A stretch of DNA of 64,000 bases from Acholeplasma sp. (GTDB taxonomy: Bacteria; Bacillota_I; Bacilli_A; Acholeplasmatales; UBA5453): contig JAVESF010000003.1 of NCBI GenBank assembly GCA_034006765.1, positions 34,218 to 98,217 of the forward strand, in the 5' to 3' direction. The translations under genes were made by a program, and so were the position numbers. Below the pieces are notes generated by a model that had not been told where the DNA came from, ran no database searches, and saw nothing but the letters and a program-made list of their open reading frames with translations. How positions within the stretch are numbered: position 1 is the stretch's first letter; the number at the start of each line of letters is the position of its first letter. Shown one piece after another: positions 47,693 through 57,997 of this stretch.

Positions 47693-47920
47693 ATGGATGA
47701 AACAACCAAATTAGTACACGAATTAATTGAAAGAGTCAGACCTTATTTACATAGAGATGGTGGAGACATTGAAATTGTATCTATCGAAGATGGGATTGTT
47801 TATGTTAAGATGTTAGGTGCTTGTGATGGCTGTGGCTTAATCGACGTAACACTGAGACAAGGCATTGAAACGATGTTATTAGAGAATGTTCCAGGAGTCA
47901 TCGCAGTTATCAACGTATAA
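47693..47920 (+). CDS. NifU-like (Nfu-type) Fe-S cluster carrier domain protein
   Basis: RPYLHRDGGDIEIV...GACDGCG motif. Size 75 aa. Confidence 0.85.
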   Translation: MDETTKLVHELIERVRPYLHRDGGDIEIVSIEDGIVYVKMLGACDGCGLIDVTLRQGIETMLLENVPGVIAVINV

Positions 47921-47933
47921 CAGGAGGCTTTTC

Positions 47934-48377
47934 ATGGATTTTGTAAACCAAATCATTTCAATTTCTATCATTGCGTTACTCGCTGCCCAAATTTTGAAAT
48001 TTGCTAGTTTTTCTTATAAAGAGAAAAAGCCGATTTACCGAGCGCTTATTTCAACAGGTGGGATGCCAAGTTCACACAGTGCACTTGTATCTGCCATGAC
48101 TGCGAGTATCTACTTGTTTAGAGGGATTGACCTCTATTTTGCGATTAGTCTAATGGTTGCCTTAGTCGTCATTCACGACTCGATGGGCATTCGATTAGAA
48201 GCTTCCAAACACGCAATGATCTTAAACAAAATTACAAACAAATTAGAGATGGATGTTGAAGATATCAACAAAGGTAATCCTCTAAAAGAACCGCTTGGGC
48301 ACTTCCCTATTGAGGTTTTTTTCGGTGTATTACTAGGCGTTATCGTTGCGTTGATAGGATACACCATTGGAGGATAA
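47934..48377 (+). CDS. divergent PAP2 family membrane protein (YuiD/DUF212)
   Basis: GGMPSSHSALVSA motif. ATG 47934 preceded by AGGAGG. Confidence 0.8.
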   Translation: MDFVNQIISISIIALLAAQILKFASFSYKEKKPIYRALISTGGMPSSHSALVSAMTASIYLFRGIDLYFAISLMVALVVIHDSMGIRLEASKHAMILNKITNKLEMDVEDINKGNPLKEPLGHFPIEVFFGVLLGVIVALIGYTIGG

Positions 48378-48380
48378 TGA

Positions 48381-49232
48381 ATGAATAAAAACAAAATTGG
48401 GATTGTCGTAGACTCAACCTTTAAAGTAAATGAAGCATTTTTAAAAGAAAAAGACATACGTGTTGTGTATTTAGACATCATCGTTGGTGATAAAACATAC
48501 AAAGATGGCGAAGTATCTAACGAACAAATTTATGAAATGATGGATAAAAACATCAAAGTCACAACTTCGCAACCAGCACCTAACCGTTTTATGAATGCCT
48601 ATCAGTCTTTGCTTGATGACGGCTATGAATCGGTTATTTGTTTAACGGTTAGCAGTTCGTTAAGTGGCACTTTCAATAGTGCAAATCTGGGTAAGGACAT
48701 GCTTGAAGACCCAACTAAGGTGATGGTTTATGACACAAAAAGTGCGATATGTGGAGCAGAGTATTTAACAGAAAGACTCGTCCATTTTACCGAAACGTTA
48801 GATAGTAAAGAAGCTGTGCACATAGCATTTTTAGAACAACGTAACAAAGGCTCACTTATTTTCACGGTCGATGACTTGATGTTACTGGTTAAAAGCGGAA
48901 GATTATCACGCCTATCAGGCATGATCGGCAACCTTTTAAAAATCAAACCTATTTTGAGATTTGATCAAGGTAAATTAGAAGTGGAACATAAAGTTAGAAG
49001 TAATGAAAACGTCATTAAATACTTGGTTTCAGAAGTCGGGAAACTCGCTAGTAAAGCTAAAACAGTGGTAAGAATTTCTTATACAACCACAAGTGATTTA
49101 GGACTGAAATTTTTAGATGAAATTAAGAAGTCTTATGAACATGTTTCGATACAGTTGTCTGATAAGATTTCTGCAGTCATTGCCGTACATGTAGGTAAGG
49201 CTGGACTGGGGATTTATTTAGGTCATGAATAA
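48381..49232 (+). CDS. DegV family fatty-acid-binding protein (FakB-like)
   Basis: IVVDSTF, TTSQPAP, SSSLSGTF, LVKSGRLS, LLKIKPIL. Confidence 0.85.
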   Translation: MNKNKIGIVVDSTFKVNEAFLKEKDIRVVYLDIIVGDKTYKDGEVSNEQIYEMMDKNIKVTTSQPAPNRFMNAYQSLLDDGYESVICLTVSSSLSGTFNSANLGKDMLEDPTKVMVYDTKSAICGAEYLTERLVHFTETLDSKEAVHIAFLEQRNKGSLIFTVDDLMLLVKSGRLSRLSGMIGNLLKIKPILRFDQGKLEVEHKVRSNENVIKYLVSEVGKLASKAKTVVRISYTTTSDLGLKFLDEIKKSYEHVSIQLSDKISAVIAVHVGKAGLGIYLGHE

Positions 49233-49256
49233 AGAGGTAAATACCTCTTTTTTTTG
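49231..49256 (+). terminator. rho-independent terminator
   Basis: Stem AGAGGT with ACCTCT, followed by an 8-nt T-run. Confidence 0.85.
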
Positions 49257-49299
49257 ATGATTCAAAGTCTATGTTATAATAGTAAAAAGAGGTGGTTTT

Positions 49300-49623
49300 A
49301 TGTATGATAAAGGCGATATTGTCGATGTGACAATTACAGGTATCGCTCCATATGGTGTGTTTGCTAAAATAGGAGAATACTCAGGCTTAATTCATATTTC
49401 CGAAATCTCAGATAAGTATGTCCGAGATATCACGCAATTTGCGATGGTAGGTGATATGGTTAAAGTGGTAATCATCGATATTGATGAACCTAATAAACAA
49501 CTTAAGCTGAGCTATAAAAAATGTGACAGATCAAAAAAGATTAAAATTTGTGAAATGAAAATAGGATTTAGAACTTTAGATGAAAAACTACCAGAGTGGA
49601 TCGCTGAACGGACCAATTCTTAG
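49300..49623 (+). CDS. S1 RNA-binding domain protein (YugI/CvfD-like)
   Basis: GDIVDVTITGIAPYGVFAKI...GLIHISE, a typical S1 fold signature. Confidence 0.8.
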   Translation: MYDKGDIVDVTITGIAPYGVFAKIGEYSGLIHISEISDKYVRDITQFAMVGDMVKVVIIDIDEPNKQLKLSYKKCDRSKKIKICEMKIGFRTLDEKLPEWIAERTNS

Positions 49624-49636
49624 TATAAAGGCTAGT

Positions 49637-49670
49637 AAAAAATCGTTGATATACGATTTTTTTATTTTTT
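49637..49670 (+). terminator. rho-independent terminator
   Basis: Stem AAAATCGT with ACGATTTT, followed by TTTTATTTTTT. Confidence 0.8.
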
Positions 49671-49750
49671 AGGTGCTAAAAGTCATGTATTCAATGAAAT
49701 AAACCATAAGGGCGTCTACTTGCTGTAACCGTTTTAAGGGTTATTTTAAT

Positions 49751-49777
49751 ACTATTTAATCTAAATAGTGATATAAT
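49751..49777 (+). promoter_or_regulatory. candidate pgi promoter with an inverted repeat abutting the -10
   Basis: ACTATTTA-ATC-TAAATAGT at 49751-49769, followed by TGaTATAAT at 49769-49777. Confidence 0.45.
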
Positions 49778-49805
49778 AAATTAGAATAAAAAGGATGTGT
49801 ATAAC

Positions 49806-51122
49806 ATGATTAAACTCAATCAAAAACATGCTGTTTCATTTTTAAATGACGATAAAAGCGTCACTGATGAAAGAGTTAAACGTATTCACAAAATGATTCA
49901 TGAAAAAACAGGTAGAGGCAATGACTTTTTAGGCTGGTTGGATTTACCTATTTCTTATGACAAAGAAGAATATGCGCGTATCAAAAAAGCGGCTTCAAAA
50001 ATCAAAGCACAATCAGATGTGCTCGTAGTCATTGGAATTGGTGGTTCTTACCTTGGTTCTAAAGCGGCGCTTGAAATGTTAAGACCAGCATTTCTAAACA
50101 AAGGGGATTTAGAAGTGATATTCTTAGGTCATCACATTAGTGCGGCTTATACTGAATCGCTTTTAAATCACTTAAAAGACAAGTCATTTTCTATCAATGT
50201 TATCTCTAAATCGGGGACAACCACAGAACCTGCCATTGCGTTTCGAATTTTGAAACGTGTTTTAGAAGAAAGATATGGCGAATTAGAAGCTAAAGAAAGA
50301 ATTTTTGCGACAACAGATAAAGAAAAAGGGGCTTTAAGACAACTTGCCACTGAAAAAGGGTACGAGACCTTTGTAATTCCTGATGATGTAGGTGGAAGAT
50401 TCTCTGTATTAACTGCGGTGGGGCTATTACCAATCGCTTGTGCGGGGATCAACACAGATCAAATTATGTCTGGTGCATTAGCTGCTTATAACGATTTAAA
50501 AGAAGAGTCAAACGTTGCTTATGATTATGCAGCTCTTCGTTATCGTTTATATCAATCAGGCAAAAAGATTGAAATGCTTGTGAACTACGAACCATCTTTA
50601 GTCTTTATTTCTGAATGGTGGAAACAATTGTTCGGAGAATCTGAAGGCAAAGAACACAAAGGGCTATTTGTGGCAAGCGCTGCATTCTCTACCGATTTAC
50701 ATTCACTAGGACAATACATCCAAGAAGGTGAAAGAAACCTGTTTGAGACGGTCGTCAAAGTTGGTAAAACTAAAGAAGACATCATCATCGAATCTGAACC
50801 GATAGATTTAGATGGACTGAACTATTTAACGGGTAAGTCGATGCAATTCGTTAATGAGAAAGCATTTTTGGGGACGCTATTGGCTCATGTCGACGGCGGT
50901 GTACCAAATATCGTGTTAGAAATAGATTCAATCGATGAAAAAACATTCGGTTATATGATCTATTTCTTTGAAAAAGCTTGCGCAATGTCAGCCTATTTAT
51001 TAGAGGTTAATCCGTTTGATCAACCTGGGGTCGAGTCTTATAAGAAAAATATGTTTGCCTTACTGGGTAAAAAAGGATTTGAAGCTTTAAAAGAAACTCT
51101 AGAAAAAAAACTTGAAAACTAG
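49806..51122 (+). CDS. pgi: glucose-6-phosphate isomerase
   Basis: DFLGWLDLP and GIGGSYLG. Aligns with Firmicute Pgi from the Met at 49806. Confidence 0.95.
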   Translation: MIKLNQKHAVSFLNDDKSVTDERVKRIHKMIHEKTGRGNDFLGWLDLPISYDKEEYARIKKAASKIKAQSDVLVVIGIGGSYLGSKAALEMLRPAFLNKGDLEVIFLGHHISAAYTESLLNHLKDKSFSINVISKSGTTTEPAIAFRILKRVLEERYGELEAKERIFATTDKEKGALRQLATEKGYETFVIPDDVGGRFSVLTAVGLLPIACAGINTDQIMSGALAAYNDLKEESNVAYDYAALRYRLYQSGKKIEMLVNYEPSLVFISEWWKQLFGESEGKEHKGLFVASAAFSTDLHSLGQYIQEGERNLFETVVKVGKTKEDIIIESEPIDLDGLNYLTGKSMQFVNEKAFLGTLLAHVDGGVPNIVLEIDSIDEKTFGYMIYFFEKACAMSAYLLEVNPFDQPGVESYKKNMFALLGKKGFEALKETLEKKLEN

Positions 51123-51145
51123 GCGATGATTCGCCTTTTTTCTTT
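51121..51145 (+). terminator. rho-independent terminator of pgi
   Basis: Stem AGGCGA with TCGCCT, loop TGAT, then TTTTTT. Confidence 0.8.
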
Positions 51146-51206
51146 TAATACGTGCGAAATATTATACATTTTTAATAAAAATGATAAAATAAGTTATGGT
51201 GATATT

Positions 51207-51653
51207 ATGAAAACAAAATTAACAAACTCTGCCGCTGAAACGACCCATTTGGGGTTTCAAGTGGGGTTATTACTAAAACCCGGCATGGTCGTCTTATTAG
51301 AAGGCGATTTGGCCATGGGGAAAACAACTTTTACAAAAGGGATTGGACAGGCTTTAGGGATTAAAAGAACCATTAATAGTCCAACCTATACCATTATGAA
51401 ACGCTATATCAACAATGAACAAAAACTCTATCATGTGGATTTATACCGCTTAGAGGATGTTAACTCAGATTTTGATTTAGAAGATTACATAAATTCAGAC
51501 GGTATTTCAGTGGTTGAATGGCCTTTTAAAGTAAAAGATATTCTCCCAAAACACTATTTATTAATTAGGTTTGAAGACTTGGGTAATGACCAAAGAAAAA
51601 TTACTTTTGAGGCGTTAGGCGAGTATTATGAAAGTGTGGTAAATTATTTATGA
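51207..51653 (+). CDS. tsaE: tRNA t6A biosynthesis ATPase TsaE
   Basis: P-loop GDLAMGKTT. Start trimmed to MKTKLTNS, downstream of the pgi terminator. Confidence 0.85.
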   Translation: MKTKLTNSAAETTHLGFQVGLLLKPGMVVLLEGDLAMGKTTFTKGIGQALGIKRTINSPTYTIMKRYINNEQKLYHVDLYRLEDVNSDFDLEDYINSDGISVVEWPFKVKDILPKHYLLIRFEDLGNDQRKITFEALGEYYESVVNYL

Positions 51654-52237
51654 ACCAAATACTATTTGACTCATCTAGTGGCGTCTTAGTTATGGCACTA
51701 GCCAAAGATGGTAGAATGATTGATTATTCAATTAGAATGGGTAAAAAAGATCATGCTAAACACATTGTAGACCGTATGGACCAAATGCTTAAAAGAAAGC
51801 ATCTAGACATAAACCAAATTGATGAAATCATCGTTGGTTATGGTCCAGGGTCTTATACAGGATTAAGAATTTCTGTCATGGTTGGTAAGATGCTTGCTTA
51901 TGCAAAGCCTATTAAGCTTAGAGCGGTATCCTCTTTGTATTTTTTGTCTTCCGGTATTGAGGGGATAGTAGCCCCAATGGTTGATGCAAGAAATGGCAAT
52001 GTGTTTGGGGGTATTTATGATGGACATACGGTCATACTTGAAGAAGCGCTAAGAGGGTATGACGAAATGCGTGAATTGGCTAAGAAACATAACGCGAGAC
52101 CTTATTTAATCGATGATTATACCTATGAAATTGACACAAATAAAATCATAGAACAAAGTCATATTGTGTTAGATCCAAATGGATTTGTACCTAATTACTT
52201 GAGACAAACCGAAGCGGAGCGTCATTTAAATGATTAG
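51650..52237 (+). CDS. tsaB: tRNA t6A biosynthesis protein TsaB
   Basis: GPGSYTGLRI motif and a 4-nt overlap with tsaE. Confidence 0.85.
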   Translation: MNQILFDSSSGVLVMALAKDGRMIDYSIRMGKKDHAKHIVDRMDQMLKRKHLDINQIDEIIVGYGPGSYTGLRISVMVGKMLAYAKPIKLRAVSSLYFLSSGIEGIVAPMVDARNGNVFGGIYDGHTVILEEALRGYDEMRELAKKHNARPYLIDDYTYEIDTNKIIEQSHIVLDPNGFVPNYLRQTEAERHLND

Positions 52238-52691
52238 AAAAATGGAAGAAGAAGATATTTTTCTGATCACCGAAGCGGAAACAGAACTTTTAGGTTCAAC
52301 GCTCGGGTACGAAATGATTCACAACGAAATTAAGCACCATGATTTTGCCCATTACTTTGTCATCGAAGAAAATGGGATCAAGGGCTATGTCGGACTTTGG
52401 ATTAACGATGACATTGGTCAAATTGCTAATTTTTTGATTCTTAAGCCTTATCAAAATTTAGGTTATGGTAAACAACTAATGAAACACATTATGGGTTACT
52501 TTAAAGAACATAATGTCTCTGTCATTTCCTTAGAAGTAAAAGAATCAAACGAAAAAGCCATTAAATTATATGAATCCTTTGGGTTTGTCAAAAGCTACAA
52601 GAGGGTTAAGTACTACGACAATAAAGAAGACGCTCACGTCATGATTTGGAGGGGTGAAGATGAAGATATTAGCAGTGGAAAGCAGTTGTGA
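52230..52691 (+). CDS. rimI: GNAT acetyltransferase, RimI-like
   Basis: GNAT motif [11 protein letters not shown]. Conserved tsaB-rimI-tsaD position. Confidence 0.8.
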   Translation: MIRKMEEEDIFLITEAETELLGSTLGYEMIHNEIKHHDFAHYFVIEENGIKGYVGLWINDDIGQIANFLILKPYQNLGYGKQLMKHIMGYFKEHNVSVISLEVKESNEKAIKLYESFGFVKSYKRVKYYDNKEDAHVMIWRGEDEDISSGKQL

Positions 52692-53652
52692 TGAAACGAG
52701 TGTTGCTGTTGTTGAAGATGGTAAACGTGTATTAAGCAATGTGGTATTATCTCAAATCGACATTCACAAAAAGTTTGGTGGGGTAGTGCCAGAGATTGCC
52801 TCAAGACATCACGTTGAGTCAATGACCTATGTGTTCGATCAAGCACTAAAGGAAGCCAATGTGACTGAAAAGGACATTGATTTGGTTGCAGTCACAGAAG
52901 GTCCAGGATTGATTGGTTCGTTGTTGGTTGGCATCAATGCAGCAACTACGTTTGCCTTTGCGCATAAACTGCCACTTATGGGCGTTAACCATATGGTAGG
53001 ACATATTTACTCTGCAAACATTGAACATGAAATGAAATTTCCATTAGTTGCGATGTTGGTTTCAGGTGGACATACTGAATTGATTTATATGAAAGACCAT
53101 ATGTCTTTTGAGATATTAGGAGAAACCTTAGATGATGCCGTAGGAGAAGCTTACGATAAAGTAGGCAGAATGTTAGGGCTACCCTACCCTGGTGGTCCAT
53201 TGATTGATAAACTAGCCTTTGAAGGCAAAGATATTTATGCGCTTCCAAGACCAATGTTAGATCCAAATGGGTTTGACTTTTCATTTTCGGGACTAAAGAG
53301 TGCTGTTAGTAACCTAATTTATCACATGAATCGTAAGAACGAAGCATTTGAGATTAAAGATGTCTGTGCTTCTTTTCAAGAGAGTGTCACAGATGTGTTA
53401 GTTTCTAAAGTGAAAAAGGCGATCGAGGCTTATTCGGTTAAACAGATTTTGATTGCAGGTGGGGTTGCTGCTAACAAAGGGTTAAAAACCAAATTATTCA
53501 ACACCATTAAAGACATAGAAATTATCATACCATCCATCAAGTATTGTACAGACAATGCGGCAATGATTGGGGCAGCAGCTTACTATACGTATCAAAAGAA
53601 AGGGGCACTTTCTAATTACATATTAGGCGGTGTATCCTCACTAGATTACTAA
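52660..53652 (+). CDS. tsaD: tRNA N6-adenosine threonylcarbamoyltransferase TsaD
   Basis: [14 protein letters not shown] and the HMVGH metal site. ATG 52660 is 5 nt after GGAGGGG. Confidence 0.95.
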   Translation: MKILAVESSCDETSVAVVEDGKRVLSNVVLSQIDIHKKFGGVVPEIASRHHVESMTYVFDQALKEANVTEKDIDLVAVTEGPGLIGSLLVGINAATTFAFAHKLPLMGVNHMVGHIYSANIEHEMKFPLVAMLVSGGHTELIYMKDHMSFEILGETLDDAVGEAYDKVGRMLGLPYPGGPLIDKLAFEGKDIYALPRPMLDPNGFDFSFSGLKSAVSNLIYHMNRKNEAFEIKDVCASFQESVTDVLVSKVKKAIEAYSVKQILIAGGVAANKGLKTKLFNTIKDIEIIIPSIKYCTDNAAMIGAAAYYTYQKKGALSNYILGGVSSLDY

Positions 53653-53658
53653 AAAGGG

Positions 53659-55083
53659 GTGATTGTTTTGAAGTTCTTCAGAAAGTTTTTGATTAAGTTA
53701 TTGGTGATTGTGTTTGTTTTAGTTGGGATATTCATCGTTATACCACTTGTGGTGTTTCACAAGTCGGTAACACAACCTTTATCTGATTATAATGAAACAC
53801 ATGAAACGATGTTTTATCAGTCTTTAGACGATCATTTGCAAGCGTTGATTCAAGATGACAATCATGACACGATTGAAGTGCTCGTTTTTGAGTCATTCTT
53901 AAACAGAGCCATTCAAAAAGAATTATCAAAAGACAATCCCAAATTCATGAATCCTCTTAATGAAGATGATGTTGAATATCGCTATATGATGATGTTTTCT
54001 GATAGAGTTGGGTTAAAAGGTGTATGGACTAAAATGGGCGATAACGCCTTATTAGTAACGGTGGGTATAGATGTTTTAGTTACCCAATCTGTTAAATATC
54101 AAACTGCAATGCAAATAGATTTAGACATTGTATTAAACGAGTCCAATCAATATGTTTTAAAAATAGATAAAATCAAAGTTGGGAAACTCGGGTTACCATT
54201 AAAACTCGGGGCCAATGTTACAAGCTATATTTTAGATAAGCTTCAAGGGAAGTCTTTGGATGAGTTTGTGCTAGATGCGCTTCCTTTTGGACAATTCGAC
54301 TCAAAAGAACTGGCTTATACCGTAGGAGAATCTGAACTAACGGATTATCTGTATAAGATAGACCCTAGCTTTTCAGCCTTATTAAAGATCATTTATGAAG
54401 AAGCACTCCTTTACATGGATTTCTCAGATGATGGGTTTGAGATATCGCTTAATATGGGTAAATTTAGAAGACTTTTTACGGATTATGATGAGGTCGTGTT
54501 TACAAAACTCGAAAACGATGCAGATAAAGCGGTTTTAATGGCTGATATTGCAAGTAATGCAGCGATGAATGCAGCGTTAAATCCTTTTGATCCGAGAATC
54601 GAACTGGACGAAGTAAAACTCAATCAAATCCTTGATTATCAGTTACAAGATAAAGTTGCTTTTGAGTATCCATTTAAATTTAAGCTCAATCTCAATGGTG
54701 TTTTAAAAGAATATCGTTTCAAAAGCTCAGTTCTATTTATTAAAATGGTAGGTAGTGAACTCTCTTTACACCTCAAAATGATGTTGAGTGAAAAAGATGG
54801 GGTTGAAGCTTTTGAGATGCAGTTTAATCTAACGACAACCGTTGGGATGAACGTAGACGGTGACATGGTCCTTACGATCTTAAGTTCAAACATTGGCGAG
54901 ATTAACTTGGAAATAGAAACACTTAAGTCAATGATTGATATATTTGATTCAAGCTTGATGGAAAATGATACCCTTGTCATTCCTAAAGAAAAATTAAATG
55001 AAATGTTTCAGGGTGCAAATTTAAGTTTTAATGACGCGTATGTATCTTCAAATAGTCTTTATTTGCATTTTGGAATAGAATAG
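53659..55083 (+). CDS. hypothetical membrane-anchored protein (N-terminal TM, large extracytoplasmic part)
   Basis: Long ORF with AAAGGGG upstream. The start is ambiguous (GTG 53659 or TTG 53668). No recognisable motif. Confidence 0.55.
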   Translation: MIVLKFFRKFLIKLLVIVFVLVGIFIVIPLVVFHKSVTQPLSDYNETHETMFYQSLDDHLQALIQDDNHDTIEVLVFESFLNRAIQKELSKDNPKFMNPLNEDDVEYRYMMMFSDRVGLKGVWTKMGDNALLVTVGIDVLVTQSVKYQTAMQIDLDIVLNESNQYVLKIDKIKVGKLGLPLKLGANVTSYILDKLQGKSLDEFVLDALPFGQFDSKELAYTVGESELTDYLYKIDPSFSALLKIIYEEALLYMDFSDDGFEISLNMGKFRRLFTDYDEVVFTKLENDADKAVLMADIASNAAMNAALNPFDPRIELDEVKLNQILDYQLQDKVAFEYPFKFKLNLNGVLKEYRFKSSVLFIKMVGSELSLHLKMMLSEKDGVEAFEMQFNLTTTVGMNVDGDMVLTILSSNIGEINLEIETLKSMIDIFDSSLMENDTLVIPKEKLNEMFQGANLSFNDAYVSSNSLYLHFGIE

Positions 55084-55090
55084 CCTATTT

Positions 55091-55126
55091 TGCCAACATT
55101 GTGTTAAATGTTGGCATTTCTATTTA
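55091..55126 (+). terminator. rho-independent terminator
   Basis: Perfect 10-bp stem TGCCAACATT with AATGTTGGCA, followed by TTTCTATTT. Confidence 0.75.
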
Positions 55127-55143
55127 TGTAAAGGGATACAAGC

Positions 55144-55172
55144 TTGTTATGAAAGCGTTTATAAAGTATAAT
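55144..55172 (+). promoter_or_regulatory. candidate promoter of the RDD-amylase operon with a cre/LacI-like element in the spacer
   Basis: -35 TTGTTA (55144-55149), 17-nt spacer containing TGAAAGCGTTTATA (55150-55163), -10 TATAAT (55167-55172). Confidence 0.5.
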
Positions 55173-55218
55173 GTAGTACGATAGAGAGGAGTTAATTATC
55201 TATATTTGATAATGACTA

Positions 55219-55632
55219 ATGATGATGACACTATTAATCGAAAAAAGAATTAAGGCGTTTTCAATTGACGCTTCCTTGGCAACGATTGGATTCTTAATTG
55301 CTTTGCAAATATCTAACACAAATTTCATCTTGGGACGCATCTTACTTTTTACCACTTTCCTCGGGGTATATGTACTGCCTTATTTTTCTGCCACAGGACA
55401 GAGTCTTGGTAAAAGATTTCAGCAAATACGAGTTGTAAAGATGGATGGGACAAAAGCAGGTAGCGTTCGGTTGATTATAAGATCACTAACGCTAATTGTC
55501 ACAAGTATCGTTTCCGCTGGCATATACATTGTGGTTGCAACTCTATTTAAGAACAAAGAAGATGAACTTTGGCATGATAAGCTATTTCAGACGAAAGTAA
55601 TCATGATTAATGAAAAGAAAAACGAGGTATAG
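55219..55632 (+). CDS. RDD family membrane protein
   Basis: KRIKAFSIDASLATIGF (R..A..D pattern), GQSLGKRF, three TM helices. Confidence 0.6.
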   Translation: MMMTLLIEKRIKAFSIDASLATIGFLIALQISNTNFILGRILLFTTFLGVYVLPYFSATGQSLGKRFQQIRVVKMDGTKAGSVRLIIRSLTLIVTSIVSAGIYIVVATLFKNKEDELWHDKLFQTKVIMINEKKNEV

Positions 55633-55633
55633 A

Positions 55634-57124
55634 ATGAAAAAAATAGTACTACTAATGATCGTTGTCTTAACCATTGTTTTGACAGGATGTACGAAAGATA
55701 ACCCTGTTGAACCAGCGATTCAGACAGAATTGAAAAAAGCATTTCCTAGACACGGTAATTATTATCAAGTGTTTGTAAGAAGTTTCGCGGATAGTGACAA
55801 TGATGGCATTGGTGATATCAACGGCATCACTGAAAACTTAGATTATTTAGAAGATTTAGGCGTGAATGGACTATGGTTAATGCCTATTCACCCAAGTCCT
55901 AGTTATCACGGCTATGACGTTGATGATTATTATGCTATTAATGAGGACTATGGAACGCTTGAGGATTTCGATAGATTGGTGGATGAAGCCGATAAAAGAG
56001 GCATTAACATCATCATCGATTTGGTGATGAACCATACGTCAAACCACCATGAGTGGTTTATTGATCATCCAGAATGGTATACAAGTTTCTCTTATTTTGG
56101 AGCATGGATGCCTGAATTAGATTATTCAAAACCAGAAGTAAGAGATGCAATGTTACAGGTAATGAAATATTGGTTGGATAAAGGCGTTAGTGGATTTAGA
56201 GTCGATGCTGCCATTCACCTATTTAATAGTAAAACATATGTGAATGGGTTGCCGGCGACTGCTGACATTAAACAAACGGTTGATTATTACACAATGCTTA
56301 GGGCTCAACTGAGAAAAGATTATCCTGAGTTATACTTAGTTGGCGAGGTTTGGGCATCAAAAGACTATACAGCATCTTTCTATCAAGGGTTCGACAGCTT
56401 ATTTAATTTTGATTATTCGACCAAAGTCATTGACACGGTAACCTCTTCAAATGTAAGCAATTACGGCTCAACGATTAATGGGTATTATCGATCATTTCAA
56501 AACATTATGGACAGTTATAACGCTAGATTTGTTAACAGTAATGAAATCTATATTGATGCGCCATTTATTAAAAATCACGACCAGGATCGTACAGCAAGTT
56601 TAATCAATGATACAGAAAATGTATTTGCTGCTGAGATGCTTTTGGCTTTACCGGGGAATCCTTATGTTTATTACGGGGAAGAACTCGGTATGAAGGGTGT
56701 TTCATCAAACGGGACAAATAACGTTTGGGACGAAACAAGAAGGCTACCTTTTCTGTGGGGAACTGAAGATCAAACCAATTGGTGCACCGCGTGTGTAGAC
56801 TATAATAAAGAGGTAAAGCCGCTTTCTGAACAAAAGGTAAATGAGTCCTCATTATACAACACTTATAAGACACTCTTAAACTTAAGGAATGACTACCCAG
56901 CCTTAATGTATGGGACATTTGAGTTGGTTGATAACGACTTATCAAATGTAGATGTCTTTAAACGAACAATTGTATTTGGAGATTATAGTCAAGAAGTATG
57001 GGTTTACCATAATTTTTCAAATGTTAGTGTAAACATTGATACTACAGGATATGAGGTCATTTATAATACAAATCATACAGACGAATTAGAACCGATGAGT
57101 TCTATTTATATGGTGAAGAAATGA
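55634..57124 (+). CDS. GH13 alpha-amylase family lipoprotein
   Basis: Lipobox VLTGC. GH13 regions DLVMNHTS, GFRVDAAIH, GEVW and KNHDQDR. Start trimmed to MKKIVLL (ATG 55634). Confidence 0.85.
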   Translation: MKKIVLLMIVVLTIVLTGCTKDNPVEPAIQTELKKAFPRHGNYYQVFVRSFADSDNDGIGDINGITENLDYLEDLGVNGLWLMPIHPSPSYHGYDVDDYYAINEDYGTLEDFDRLVDEADKRGINIIIDLVMNHTSNHHEWFIDHPEWYTSFSYFGAWMPELDYSKPEVRDAMLQVMKYWLDKGVSGFRVDAAIHLFNSKTYVNGLPATADIKQTVDYYTMLRAQLRKDYPELYLVGEVWASKDYTASFYQGFDSLFNFDYSTKVIDTVTSSNVSNYGSTINGYYRSFQNIMDSYNARFVNSNEIYIDAPFIKNHDQDRTASLINDTENVFAAEMLLALPGNPYVYYGEELGMKGVSSNGTNNVWDETRRLPFLWGTEDQTNWCTACVDYNKEVKPLSEQKVNESSLYNTYKTLLNLRNDYPALMYGTFELVDNDLSNVDVFKRTIVFGDYSQEVWVYHNFSNVSVNIDTTGYEVIYNTNHTDELEPMSSIYMVKK

Positions 57125-57951
57125 AGAAAGTCTTACATATATCATTGTTTAAAATGAAAGATATATTCTTGTTAAGTAATGAAAAAGTAACACGAGGAAT
57201 GCTGGTGTTCCTAATATCAATGAGCTTATTAGTGTTTCCGATAGGCTTTGATCTAGTGAATTCAAAATCGATGAATTATGGACTATTTGGCGCGGACTTA
57301 GCCTTAACTGAGTATGATGGTCTATTAGAGGACTTGCCTCAAGCCTCGATTGTTGAAGGTCGTTTAGTAAGCACCTTAGAAGAAGTTCTAATAATCAACT
57401 TGAAAGACCAATTCATTATAATTGTGAACCCTACTGAAGATAAAGTTACTGATTCACGCTTGCAAGAAACAAATGGTGTTGTTTTTAACGAAACCAATTA
57501 CGAACTATATCTCGCTGGTAATTCCTTTCAATTCAACTATAATACCTTTTCAAACGTTCACTTTTCAGATTTGAAAAACATGAGCTCCACAGAAGGTATC
57601 AGGGTAATTTATGACAATTTGTATGTGAGCGCTAAAAGGGTGTTCTTGTTGCCTGTTATTTTGATCCTCTTGCTGGTATTTGTTTTTATTAATTTGATAT
57701 ATTTAGCAGTTATTAGCTTTTTTGCCACTTTCTTACGCTATAAGGATCAAAATATACCCCCTTATACGGGTGTTCTAAAAATTGCTTTATTTGCTTCTTT
57801 AATACCTAGCGTGATAGCTATGATTATCGGTATGTTTGCACCACCAATGACCATTGTCATATATAATTTTGGATTACCCGCTGTGATGTTTATCAGTTAT
57901 TTAAAGTATAAAAACGTTAATCTTACGGATACTGTAAAAAAACTTCAATAG
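57121..57951 (+). CDS. polytopic membrane protein, possibly the DUF1189/YvdJ-like maltodextrin-operon protein
   Basis: 4-nt overlap with the amylase gene. One N-terminal and about 3 C-terminal TM helices. The family call rests on context and is weak. Confidence 0.45.
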   Translation: MKKVLHISLFKMKDIFLLSNEKVTRGMLVFLISMSLLVFPIGFDLVNSKSMNYGLFGADLALTEYDGLLEDLPQASIVEGRLVSTLEEVLIINLKDQFIIIVNPTEDKVTDSRLQETNGVVFNETNYELYLAGNSFQFNYNTFSNVHFSDLKNMSSTEGIRVIYDNLYVSAKRVFLLPVILILLLVFVFINLIYLAVISFFATFLRYKDQNIPPYTGVLKIALFASLIPSVIAMIIGMFAPPMTIVIYNFGLPAVMFISYLKYKNVNLTDTVKKLQ

Positions 57952-57957
57952 TATATG

Positions 57958-57989
57958 AAAAAGACGAAATCATCGATTTCGTCTTTTTT
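57958..57989. terminator. bidirectional terminator between convergent genes
   Basis: Stem GACGAAAT with ATTTCGTC, flanked by AAAAA and TTTTTT. Confidence 0.85.
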
Positions 57990-57997
57990 AGCGTTTC

